DNA of 60,830 nucleotides, counting the filler, from Stramenopiles sp. TOSAG23-3 (Eukaryota): assembly GCA_900128585.1 (NCBI GenBank). It is 6 parts of 6 records of this genome, joined end to end, with 100 filler letters (N's around TTAATTAATTAA, not from the genome) between each part and the next. Parts side by side here need not be neighbours in the genome. Positions count along the whole stretch, not along the records: positions 18,401 to 36,600 come from LT642432.1; 5 more parts are not named here. The stretch is one strand, 5' to 3'. Both the position numbers and the translations under genes were made by a program. Below the pieces are notes generated by a model. It saw only the letters and a list, made by a program, of their open reading frames with translations. It was not told the DNA's origin and did not search any database. This document shows, in pieces, positions 21,401 through 33,781 of this stretch (its first letter is position 1; each line of letters begins with the position of its first letter).

Positions 21401-24400
21401 ACAGTCCACGAATATCAATGTTGGTGGTTTAAACCCTAATACAGAATACAATGCCCACTGCGCGATGCTTAATGGCAACGGAGACTTTATTTCAAATGAA
21501 AAGGTTGCATTTCACACCGCATTTCAAAATTCAATATCAGAACAGCCCCGGATCGTCCAATTGACGGCATCACTATTGATTGTTCGGGTGACTTTTTCGA
21601 CTTCGGGTCTGGCTAGATGTATTATTGTACCTAGTGACACACTGGTTGAAGATGCTTCGTTCGTAATGGACGGAACAAACGGGGCGATAAAAGGGGCGCC
21701 ACCGGCCAGTGCAATGGCATCTCACGGAGATCCCTTCGAAGTAACATACGATATTTCGAGCCCAATAACAGATGCTGGTACACAATATGGCGTTTTCTGT
21801 GCCCAGTCTGCTGTTTTAAGTGGGAAAACCGCGTTCGTGGCCCCTTTCATTATCAGCCCAGTGAACCTTCTTGCAAATTATGTACATAATGGCCTTGTCT
21901 ACGCGACGTTGTCAGTACATTTCTCAAGCACAAACGAGTCGAACTGCATAATTTCGACTTCCGGGACGTATGTTTCAGCGACTGCAGTCGGCTCATGCTC
22001 ATCTAGTGGTGTGTTGCACCCGAGTGTGCCACATATTCACACGTGCTTCGGCTTATCTACCAGCGATTTATACTTTGCTCATTGCGTCCAAAATGGAATT
22101 GTAACAACTAGCATACAATTCGGTGCATTGTCGGCAAACAAAAGCCCAAAGCTTTCAAACTTGTCTGCAGCGCCAATTTTGAAGAAAACAGTGGCCAAAA
22201 GAATAGACAAAACCAGCGTTGAATTAGTTACAACCTTCTCAGGCTCTGGAAATTCTCGTTGTGTAGTCACGCTGCCAACATCGAGCAATAACATTAGGGC
22301 AAGTAGTATTCTTGACGGTTCCGCCCCCGGGGTTGTTGGGACCCCGCCTGTTTCAACAGAAGTAGAGGCGGGCATAGCACTCACCGTTGTCTATCCTGGC
22401 CTCAACAAGGGAACAGAGTATGAAGCATACTGCGCCCAAAACGGTGTGCTAGGAAACAAGGTGGCATTCGTAACTGCGTCGGATAATAGTATTATCGTGC
22501 CCCCGAAAATAACTAATAACCAGGGCGATAAAGTAGAAATAACAGTGGTTTTTGCTACTACGGGGATGGCTCGTTGTTGTGTTCGGCGCATTGAAAATCC
22601 ACCCAGCGTTCCATCAGCAACAGATATTTACAGTGACACGTCTGGAATGGCATACGCTGGAAACCTTCCTCCGCTTCAATCCGCAACAGGAGGCGACGCG
22701 TTTGTGCAAGTTGTACAGGGTTTGGCACCTGGGACAACATACGAGGCTTACTGCGCGCAAAATAATGTCCTCGGAAGTCGCCTTACATTTCGCACAAGAC
22801 CTCAGTCCCTTGCGGTCGATAACATCGTCAAACAACCGTCGCTCATTGCAGCAGGTAGTTTTTGGGCAAAAGTGACGGTGGCATTTACAGAAACGGGAAA
22901 CGCACGGTGTGCAATATTGAAGAGAGCTATAGGCGATGCCGAACCGTCTGCGACGCAAGTTTTGGGTGGGGATTTGGACGAATCTGGGGCACATATTCCA
23001 AAGATTCATGCTTTCGGGGGTTCTTCCGTTAATTTTACGTTCGTTGGTCTTTCCCCTGGGACTTCTTACGTTGTCTACTGTGCACTGGATAATGGGAATA
23101 GCAATTTCCCATTGACTCAAGCATTAAATATTGAAACATCTTCAATCTTAACACGGCCAGAGCTCGTCCAATACGATGACGGTGTTGCGATAATATCAGT
23201 AACGTTTTCGAAGGGGGGGGTCGCAAGATGCGCTGTAGTCCATTTTGACAACGTTGCGCGCCCAAATCCATCAGATATCCTAAATGGGGCAGTCAGTGGC
23301 TCCGTCGGTAACTCTTCTTCGGCCATATGGGCCAGGGGGGGAGTTCCCCAAACGTTTCGACATTCGAACTTGACTTCCGGGAGATTATACAAAGTGTACT
23401 GTGCTCTTGGGGACCTCGTCACTTCTGAAGTACAATTTTATTCGAGCTCTGTTAGAGAAAGTGCGCATGTCCATGAGTACGGCAGCAGCAGTGTAACAAC
23501 CAAAGTAATATTCGGTGCGAATGAATCCTCACGGTGCATTGTACTACCCAGTGGTTCTCCGGTGCCTAACTCAGAGCACATTGTGAAGGGCTTGAACATA
23601 TTTGGAACGCAAGCCGCGCATCTCACATCGTTAGACACACGTTACACTAAGACAGTGTCTGGATTGAGTGAAAACACTAACTATGACGTGCATTGTGCAC
23701 AACCACTAACGGTTTCATCATTTACTTTCCAAACGGCTCCTCAAAATATCTTGACATCAGACTTAGTGCCCAGTGATGCCAAAGGAACGTCCGTTAAGCT
23801 ATCAATAACATTTTCTTCAACTGGAACATATTCATGTGCCGTAGTGACAAAGGGGTCGACTGCGACGGCTGCAAACATATTAGACGGTACCGTTGGGGGC
23901 AAGATTGGCGCAGGCGCTACTGGCACAGCTGTCGGCGGTGCGTCTGTAGATTTGGTGTACAATAATCTCTTCCCAGGATCGATATATGACGCGTATTGTG
24001 CGCAAGGGTCGCTATTATCAAATCAGGCTAGCTTCGAAACCGATGCAATATTGAAGCCTCTTAAACTGGAGAAATTTTACGATGCAGAGCCGCGCGTTTC
24101 GATAACATTTTTAAAGGCGGGTTTTGTTCGATGTGTCGCTTTGGAAACTGCAGCAGCAAGCCCAACAATCGATACCATTTTGAGTGGCAATGTTGCGTCT
24201 CCAAAAAGTTACCCCGTTGGTTCAAACGTACATGCTGGAGTCCCGTACAATGTAGGGTTCGTTTCTTTACAAAAGGGAACCAACTACAACATATATTGCG
24301 CAAAAGACGGTATTCGCAGCGAAACATTAACGATTGTCGTCAGTGAAATAGTCTCTCCGTGCAAGGTTGTTCAGCAAAGTTTGAATACTGTAAAGATTCA

Positions 24401-27400
24401 AAGCACATACTCTGGCAGTGGCACAGTAAAATGCATTGTTCATCAAGATGACGATACAAACTTAAATAACACCGAAGTTTACGAAGGTTTACTTCCCGGA
24501 GTCCGCGGGGTGGTGCCGGCAGCCTCCTCAAACATTGCAGAGACGCCGCACGTTGTGGTTTACGGGGGGCTGGCTCCAAATAAATGGTACAGAGCAATGT
24601 GCGCACAACAGGGCGCGTTTCAAGTGAGTGAGCAACGATTTTTTTTAGACCCTGAATTTTCAGACCTTGACAATATTGTGATCACTGATATTTATAGTAA
24701 CTCCGTCAATTTCAAATATAAATTTTCACTGCCTGGCATATCACGGTGTGTCGTAGTCACTGGCAAACCCTCAATTGACTTAATCGAGAGCTCCCAAATA
24801 ATCTACGGGCCTATGGCCAATATACAAGGATTGCCAGCGAACTACAGTGCTGTTTCGTCCCATACGAACTATGATATTTCGTATGGAGGTCTGTCTGCAA
24901 ACACCGAGTATGAAATTTTTTGCGCAGTGGAGAGCATCGTGGTGCGATGTAAAAACACGTTTCGAACGTCGCATATAATCACCCATACTGCATTCATACA
25001 TTCGTTTATCAATCCATTGAGTGTAGATGTTGGTGTTCAGGTTGCAGTGACATTTGGCAAAGCGGGCCTAGCGCGCTGTGTCGTTTTACCGACGGAATCC
25101 CCTGCACCATCTAATGCAGGACTCATCTTGAATGACGATGTGGCAAATTCCCAGGGAAACCCGTCTTCGAAGAAATGGGCATATAGCGATGTACCGTTTA
25201 TTTCAGATCATACTGGGCTGGTTGTTGGCCATGCATATAGAGCCCATTGTGCACAGGGAGATCTTATATCCACCTCCATAAAATACTTAATAATTGGTGG
25301 AATAAATATGCAGACGAAAATTATTGAAGTTGGCCCAAGGCATGTTCGATTGGAGACCCGTTTTACAGCTGCTGGGAGCGCCAGGTGTGTGTTACTAACG
25401 AAAGGTTCAAATGTGCCAACCAGTGACCAAATTTTGCAAGGTTATAATGCTGTTGGGGTGAGCCCTTTTCCAATACTATTAATTTCAAACCAAAGCTACG
25501 TTGTTTTGTATGAAGGGTTGCAGCCTGGTGCCAAGTATGATGCCTATTGTGCAATGCGAAACGTTACGACAGAACGATTGCGTGTTCAGACATCATCTAT
25601 ACGTACTCCTCTTCGTATTTTTGAGAAAACTGGGAAGTCTGTCACCATTGTTGTCTCGTTCACCTGTGCGGGGATCACCCGATGTGCAGTTGTAGCTGCG
25701 GGATCAATTTCTCCAAAAGCATCCGATATATTGAGCGGTGTTGTCATTGATGCATTCTATTCAGCACCGATAAATGTTAGTGCCAATTCCGTGGCGATAC
25801 ACAAAATAGCGAGCCCACTAATGGTGCCACGTAACGAATATGATGCGTATTGTGCCACGGCTGGTATATTAACAGGCGCTAAAAGATTGTCTACTTCAGG
25901 GGGGCGTTTGCACGTAAGAACTAATGGCGTACATAGCTTTAGAGGTGGTCAAAGTGTATCGTTTGGGTCTTACAGTGGACCTTTGCCCTTGAAGACGGGG
26001 GTATTCCGTGTTAATAGACAGACGGGGAGCATTCCGAACGGACTCTCTTTGAGCACATTGGTGGATTACATTCCTGCAGAGGCTTGGGGTACAAAATCAA
26101 TGGGACACGTACAGAGGGTAACAGAGGAGTCGAATTTACATGGTTTGACCGTCGTGTGTGACAGCAACTGTAACGAGAGGCTGTCATGGCCACATTCTGC
26201 ATACATTGACGTGCAAGTAGGTATGTTTTCGAGTTTGTCGTGCTGCAACTCCGGTTGTGAGCAATATTGCGACTTATCTTGGGGAACGCTTCGACCTGCA
26301 GGCAACAAATTCCGAAACATTCTATCCGTGTCCTGGCGGGAAAATAAGTATGACACCTGTGCAAAATCTGGGAGCACATTTAGTAGATGGGACGTGCACT
26401 ACAAACGTTTAGAAGATGGAGCAAACTCGTACACTGCTGCTCCAGGATGCACGAACCTTGTTTCTCTGCCTGACACTTTTTGCGACGTTGACGGTTTGTC
26501 TGCCTCTTCATGGTATAGTTTTAGGGTTAAAATGATTTGTGCCGACTCCACTTCTTTTGACGAAAACACTGGAGGTAATGTAGTTCTTCCACTTGACAGT
26601 CCATGGTCCGAAGACTCGGAGTACTCATTTGCCCAAACACAAGTAAGTGGTCCTAGCCCACCTGTTCGTTTGACAACTGCTGAAAGAGCTGGGTCTTTGG
26701 TGTTCAGTATTGTGGCGATGAACATTGATCCCACTTCCACATTTGTAAAAATAAATACCTTGGGGCACTCATTTTCGGAAAATGAGTTGGTTTATATTAC
26801 AAATATTCCAGATGCGGGGCCGTCTGAGTTAAACGACATTGTGTACACCATAACGGGGGTAACAGAATCTTCATTTCAATTATTGAATATCACCTCGCTC
26901 TCAGTCAGTGGGACGTTCTCTGGGCAGGCAACTGAGTATAGCGGCATAAGAACTAATGAAACCATGTCCATTGTCTGGCAGCCAAGTGAAATCGAATGTG
27001 ATGTGGCAAAACCAACATCACAATTTGTACAATTTCACCCGCAATACATAAAAGTCGGGGACCCTATAGATGTAGTATCTGTCTCTGTTAATTCTGGGCA
27101 AAATGTTGAATTATCTTTGTCGTCTTTGGTCGCTGATTCAAACTTCTTACCCGGAGACAAAGTTGAAATGCAAAATTTGGCATCGGACGCCCCACACGAA
27201 CTTAAGAGTCAAACATTGTACATCCATGAAACCACAGACTATGGCATATCTTTGAAGGATATCAATACATTGAATGGGAGCATTTCCTTCACATTTACGG
27301 CTGTCAATTTGACTGTATCACATGCCTTTAAAAATGTTTCTGGAACAAACCCAGGCACAGCTTGCCACCATTGGCACGCCAGCAATTCTCGAAAACACAT

Positions 27401-30400
27401 CCTTTGTATTATGGAGTTGCTGACACCGAACACGTGGATCCAATTTAGGGTTCGAGAAATTTGTTCGGACAGTGGGGCATCCAGTGATTTTTCGGAGAGG
27501 TCAAAACCAATTAAGACTCTGGCCTCTTTTGCTCTTCCTCCATTGAACGTTAACCCGGGGCCGTTTGTATCACGGACATCCATGGGACTCAGCTGGGCTG
27601 GAGACGACAGTTCGTGTGTTTCTTCCGGTAGTGAATTTTTGAATTGGAAGATTGAATTAAGAGAAGTGGAACAGCTCAGAGGCGTATACATGGCACCTCA
27701 TTATGACATTCCATGGCGGGGTATTGAAGGAGACTGTGATAATGGCATATATAAATACGACTCAACCAGCTGTGTTGCTCCTGGGTTATTGTACAGTTCG
27801 AAGTACGCCTTTCGGGTTTCCGAAATATGCACCGATTCTGGGTTAAGCAGTGGACCTTCCAACACTAATGAACTTGTAATTGCCACGGATTCGTTTTGTG
27901 ATCCAGGTTATAGAACCAACCCTGTAAAACGGGACAGTTGCGTTGCGTGCGTTGCAGGAATGTATAACAGCGAGTTCGGACAAGATAATTGCAAAAACTG
28001 TGAAAATGGAAGGTTTGCGACGAATATGGGTATGGCTAAATGCGCCATGTGTTCTCCTGGCAAGCATGGTGTTTTCAACGAAACGGCTGGTTACTTCAGC
28101 TGCGCTCTGTGTAAAAAAACGGAATACAATGACGAATTTGGTGTGCCATACTCTCCCGGGTGCAAGGCTTGCCCGCACGGTCGTATGGCAGACGTACGAG
28201 GTCTGGCAAAATGCAAGAATTGTGCAGTTGGCAAGTATCAACCCGCAAGTGCAGAAATAGAATGTATACGTTGTAGCATAGGTCTATTTGCCGACATTGA
28301 AGGCATGTCTGAATGTGTGCCGTGTTCTAAGGGAACCGTTGGCCCATCGCAAGAGCTTAGCAAGTGCATTGGATGTGTCCCTGGAAAGTACATGGATGAA
28401 ATAGGTAGCACCGATGGGAGCTGTAAAGAATGCGATACTGGAAAGTCTGCCCCGTCAAATAACTCCCATATATGCACATCCTGTTTGGCCGGGCGGTTTG
28501 CTCAAAACACCTCATCAATAGTATGCTCGTTGTGTTTGACTGGTCAGTCGCAGTCTACCTCAACTAGTTCCAATTGTGTATCTTGTCCGAAGGGGCGGTT
28601 TACGAATATTCGTGGATCTACAGGTTGCACCAATTGTCCCACTGGTCGAACTTCCCCGAAAGAAGGAAGCACAGAGTGTACCTTGTGTCCTGGGGGGAAA
28701 TACAACAATATCCCAGGAGCTTCCACGGACTGCCTAATTTGCGTGAGTGGGAAAGATGCCCCGTTTGAGGGTGCCACAGAGTGTAGAGCTTGCAAGGCCG
28801 GAAGATTCCACGCAGGTGCGAGTGGAACGGAGGCCGAACCTTGCCAGGTGTGCGCCCTCGGTCAAGTAGCAAAAGGGACGGGAAACAGTGAATGTGAGAC
28901 TTGTTTGCCTGGGAAAATATCCAAGTTTTTAGGGGGGACATATTGCACGGAATGCTCTGTTGGTTTCTATACCGATCAAGCTGCTCAATCCGAGTGCAAA
29001 ATTTGCTCAGCGCAGAACAAGCACAGTAACTCTCCGAATCGAGATGACGTCTACCAAGACGAAACTGGGCAAAGCGACTGCAAAATATGTTCCAGTGGGC
29101 GAGCAGCTCCCGGAAGCAGCAGCTGTATCACTGACTGCACATGCTCTGCCGGTTCTTATAGAGACCAAGATAATAAATGCGCAGACTGTCCGTTCGGAAT
29201 GCAATGTGTCGGGGACAGCACTGATGATACTCCATGTGACTGCTCTGAAGGCAGCGCAACCGCCCCGTTGGGAAATCGCTACTACTGTCCCGTGGGCACC
29301 AGCGCCCAAAACCAACTCGTCGTTCTAGACGGGCATAGGATTACTACATCAATTGGCGCATCGGATTGCGATGATAAAGTAGGGATTAACTGGTGCTCCT
29401 GCACTCGTGGAGCAGTTGCGCTTTGCGAAATGGGGAGAGAATGCACATGTGGAGAATCACGAAAATGTCCTGCAGGTAAGTTTTCGTCGCGAACGGGCAT
29501 GTCCGAATGCAGAAAATGTGAAGCTGGCCAATATCAAAATGAACTGGGGAAAACGGAATGTAAAGTCTGCCCCAAGGGGTATAAATGTCCGTATGGAGCG
29601 CCCGTAAAATTTGACTGCTTCGAAAACTATACCTGTATTTCTGCTGCGCTTGATAAATGGGATACATGCGTCCAACGCGTTGTAAACCGAGAACAGAACC
29701 ATCACTGCGATGATGTCGGTGACGCAACTAGTGGTATATTGAGTATCGCTTACACTGAGTGTGATAATGCCACAATACTTGGAGGGGGGGAATTTAAAGG
29801 GGCGAAAGGGAACCTAACTGCTATTAGAGGAGCAGACATATGTCCCCGTATGGAGAATATCAATTACTTCTGTAAAGATGGGGTAGATTTAGAAACTGCT
29901 ATTCCCGCCGGATCCTTTGGGGTCAGCTGTGATGAAAACCACGAGAACTGTGATGACAAATGCCAAAGTAACTGCAACGATATCCAGGGTTGTCTGGCTG
30001 GCGAAATGTGTAACAACGGCCGTAGAGAAAGCTGCTCTGTAGGGAAATATGCTGAAGGATCAGGAAACGCCATTTGCTTGAGCTGTCCCCCAGGAAAAAT
30101 TACAAATGTTATTAAGCAGGCAGTATGCCTAGAGTGTCAAAAGGGACAGTTTTCTCCAATCAGTGGAGGATCTGTGTGTGACGATTGCCCTGCCGGTTAC
30201 GCAGCTGACTTGTTAGGATCCGTCAGTTGTGACGCATGCGTTCCTGGCCGCTATAGTGCCGTCCCCAAAGCCGGAAGCTGTGATGGCTGCCCCATGGGGA
30301 AATTTTCGAGTTCTGAAAACTCCACTATGTGTACGCAATGCCGTGATGGAACGGAAACGCCCGGTATAGCTTCACCTGAATGTCTGTTATGCCCAAAAGG

Positions 30401-33178
30401 AAAGTATTCCGTAGGTGGACTGGCGTGTAAAAGTTGTAAAATAAACGAATTTCAACCTGATCCTGGGCGAACGGTCTGTGAAAATTGTCGCTGTGGTAAG
30501 GTCTCTGCCGTCGGTTCGTCGGCTTGTAAAGAACCCGTGAGTAGAGATGAGCTTGCGGTTATCAAACCCCCTCAAAGCATGGTCTATTTCGCTCCGCAGG
30601 CTATCCGCATCGATTTCAACCCATTAGAGCAGTTAACAGGTACTTTGATCTTCTATCTAATAGAATGGTCCAGCACTATACAAGATGGGGTTCCTGATTT
30701 TAGTGCTACGTGCTCTGGAAATGCGATCGTAGTATCAAAATTTTGTGAAGCAGACGTTGTAAGCAAAAGTGAAGCAGTTTCCGATGGAAAGACGGTGTAC
30801 TTTGAAGTTGATTGGGACAAAGACAAGGACGACTATACGAAATTCTCTCCCCAGGCGCAGACAAGGACGACTATACGAAATTCTCTCCCCAGGCGCAATC
30901 TATGACTTTAGAGGAAGCTATGAAAATAACACACCCTGTTGCCGTACGAACTTCAACCTCTTCGAAAAACTGTTTTGCGACAATGACGCTTGACCACTAC
31001 TTGCATAGCAGACATTTCTTTTTTCGACTTGTTGCAGTAGTAGAATGGCTGGATTCATCGGATGAAAAGGACTATATTGTTCGTGCTGAAAGTGATCCCT
31101 ACTCTATTCGTGAGTCTTTTACATGGCCTGTAAGAGTGGACTGTGTTGATCAAGACGAGTACTTGGAAACCAGGGACGTAAATGGACCCAGCGGATGCAT
31201 TGAGCGGGGAATGGAACCTATATGCCAATGGAAAGAGCTCATAGATCCGTTCGTATGGCGCTGCGAGCGGTGCCCGTATGGCGGGGACTGCAAAGGTCAA
31301 CCGGCTTGGATGCACGTGAAAGCCTTGTTTGGTTTTTGGAGAAATAAGAACTTTACTGGAATTACAAGGTTTCATCGATGTCCTGTTCCTCAGGGCTGTT
31401 TAGGGTCAAATAACCCCGCGTTCGTTGATTTGTATATAATGAACGGTACTGACAACCTTGCTGTAATTGATCATGAAGAACGATGTCATTCGGAAATGGG
31501 TTACAGTGGCCCATCGTGTGCAGTGTGCAGAAAGGGTGAATTCTATATGACAGCTAGTGGTTGCCGCACATGCGAGGGTAAGAGTGGCGGAAGCATCGTC
31601 CTGTCGATAGCGACCATGGTTGGTGTTGGCCTTGCAGGTGCGTACTTTATATACAAGTTTCGTTCCCTAGCCATAATTGCCAAAGATATCCAAAAAGTGA
31701 CAAAACTAGTTATTAACTTTTTGCAGGTAATGACATCCATAAAAAGTGTATATACGCTAGAAATCCCCAGCATGAATATTGGGTTTAGTATGTCTGCGTA
31801 TTTTGAAGTGTTCAGTTTTGACTTTGTAGCAATTTTTGGCTTTCCGTGCCTGTACGAAATGACGTATTTTGAGAAATATGCGGCCGACATGTCAATGCTG
31901 ATTGGTTTTGGTGTTTTCATTCTCATTGTCTACGCAATAGGGTTGGTAGTGTTGACTATCCGTAGCAAGAGAAAAAAGAAAAAGGGGATAGATCCGGCCG
32001 CAAAAGCACGCCTTGAAGAGATGATGGCAATGGGGGGTGGGAAAGGAATGTTGAGCATGTTCAAAAATAAAAACCCGGGAGGCAAAGTGACCGGGCTGAA
32101 CCGATGGGCCAATGTGCGAAAAGGCTTCCGAGCAGTGAGTATGTTTCGATCCCAAAAGCTTAGCGCGAAGGTAACACTTCAGAGTCGAGCCATGGCGGTA
32201 GGTTTTCAATGGTTCATGTTTCAGCACCAACCAACTTCTGTAAAGACATTTAATATGGTAAAATGCGAGTACCTGGACGGGATTTATATGCTTCGGCAAG
32301 ACTATCGACGAATCTGTGGGGGTGGGGAGTACGTCCCGTATTTTATGTTTGCCATGGTAGTCATTGGTATGTATATTGTAGGACTTCCAACGTTCATTGC
32401 AATCTACCTCGTGAAAAATAAAAGAAATTTGGCCGATCCCGTAATTAGGAGCAAAGTTGGGTTCCTTTACGTGAACTACAAGCCATCCTCATTTTTATGG
32501 GAGGTACAAATTTTGGCGCACAAGTGCTTACTCACTGGGGCGCTAGTGGTCATGTATCAGTATGCCATTGTCCAATGCACACTGGCATTTGTTATTGCTA
32601 TTCTCTCCCATTCTATGCATGCTCTGTACAGCCCCTTCCGGATAAACCTGCTGAATAAAATACAGCACTGTTGCCTATTTGCCACATCGGTTGCATTCGT
32701 TGGAAACCTTGCCTTTCAGTGCGCTGTAAACAACAAAATGGCGGAAGACAATTTCGAGGAGACCTTCATTCGTAATACGCTGGTGTACACTTTTGTGGGC
32801 GCTTTGTTTCTTGCCTTTCTGGGAACCATGCTGGCTGTGAGCCGTAGCGTGAGGAAGTACAATGTAATAATGAAAGAGAAAAAACTTGAGCGCAAGAAGA
32901 AACGGGAAGCCAAGCGGAAAGCGGAGTTAAAACGGACAGGACAAAGGGACATGGCTCATAAGAAAGTCTTTGGGGGCAAAGATGACGAGGGAAAAACACC
33001 GTTTCGCCCAGGACAAATGCGCAGGATAAAGCCAAGAACAATTAAACAAGTCTACCGAGATAACCCGGCCAAAGCGCTGCAGTCGTTTCATGTTAAGGGC
33101 AAAGGCGCCGGAGCTGAAAAGAAGTCGAAAGAAACAAAAAACTCCTCAGCGCAAAAGCCCGAGTCTTTTTTCATATAG
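18402..33178 (+). CDS. Giant cell-surface protein: FN3-like domains, 15 tandem ~95-aa repeats, TNFR/ephrin-receptor-like Cys repeats, multi-pass TM C-terminus. 5'-partial; frame broken by a 38-bp duplication
   Basis: Frame is open from the contig edge (18402). ORFs 18489-30905 and 30812-33178 join in frame if one copy of the exact 38-bp tandem duplicate is removed (4883 aa from ATG 18489). CxxCxxG(K/R)(Y/F) repeats at ~27900-30530; about 7-8 hydrophobic helices at 31590-32850. Confidence 0.85.
30821..30896 (+). repeat. Exact 38-bp tandem duplication causing a frameshift
   Basis: agacaaggacgactatacgaaattctctccccaggcgc at 30821-30858 and 30859-30896. Confidence 0.95.
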
Positions 33179-33781
33179 AATGCGGAGAAATGTGGTAGTA
33201 TATATTGTAAAAAGATATTGAACTTCTGCAGCTAACAAAGGATCACTAAAATAAAGCCTGTGTTAGAGTTAAAACTGGGGCTACGCCTCACATCGTATTA
33301 TTTATATTATAGAATTACCGTAGTCCATAGTAGATCTACCTAAATCGAAGAATAAAAAATAATACGAGGAGGAGGAGGAGGTAGATTATTTATTTCTAGA
33401 AGACGACTGTGGTATTTATAATAAAAACAACGAGACGACGACGACTGATGATATTATTATAATAATAAAATAATATAGTAGTAGTAATATTAGACTATAA
33501 TATTTAATAAATATATAGTCTAATAAATAAATAAAAAAAAAATAATAATAAATGATCATTTTTATATTAGTAGTAGTAGAATTATTCAGAGAAGTCTTTC
33601 TTCTCCAGCGGAGGATGGATTGTATGAAATGGTATAAGGAATGATTAAAAGAATTTGTCTGAAATTGCAAAAGCTGAAGAAATAGAGAGAGAAAATACAA
33701 GTTTGCGTTGAAATAGAAGAAATATAGACATTTTTTTGGGGAAAGAAAGCATCGCGCAGTCGTCGACCATTGTATAGGTTC

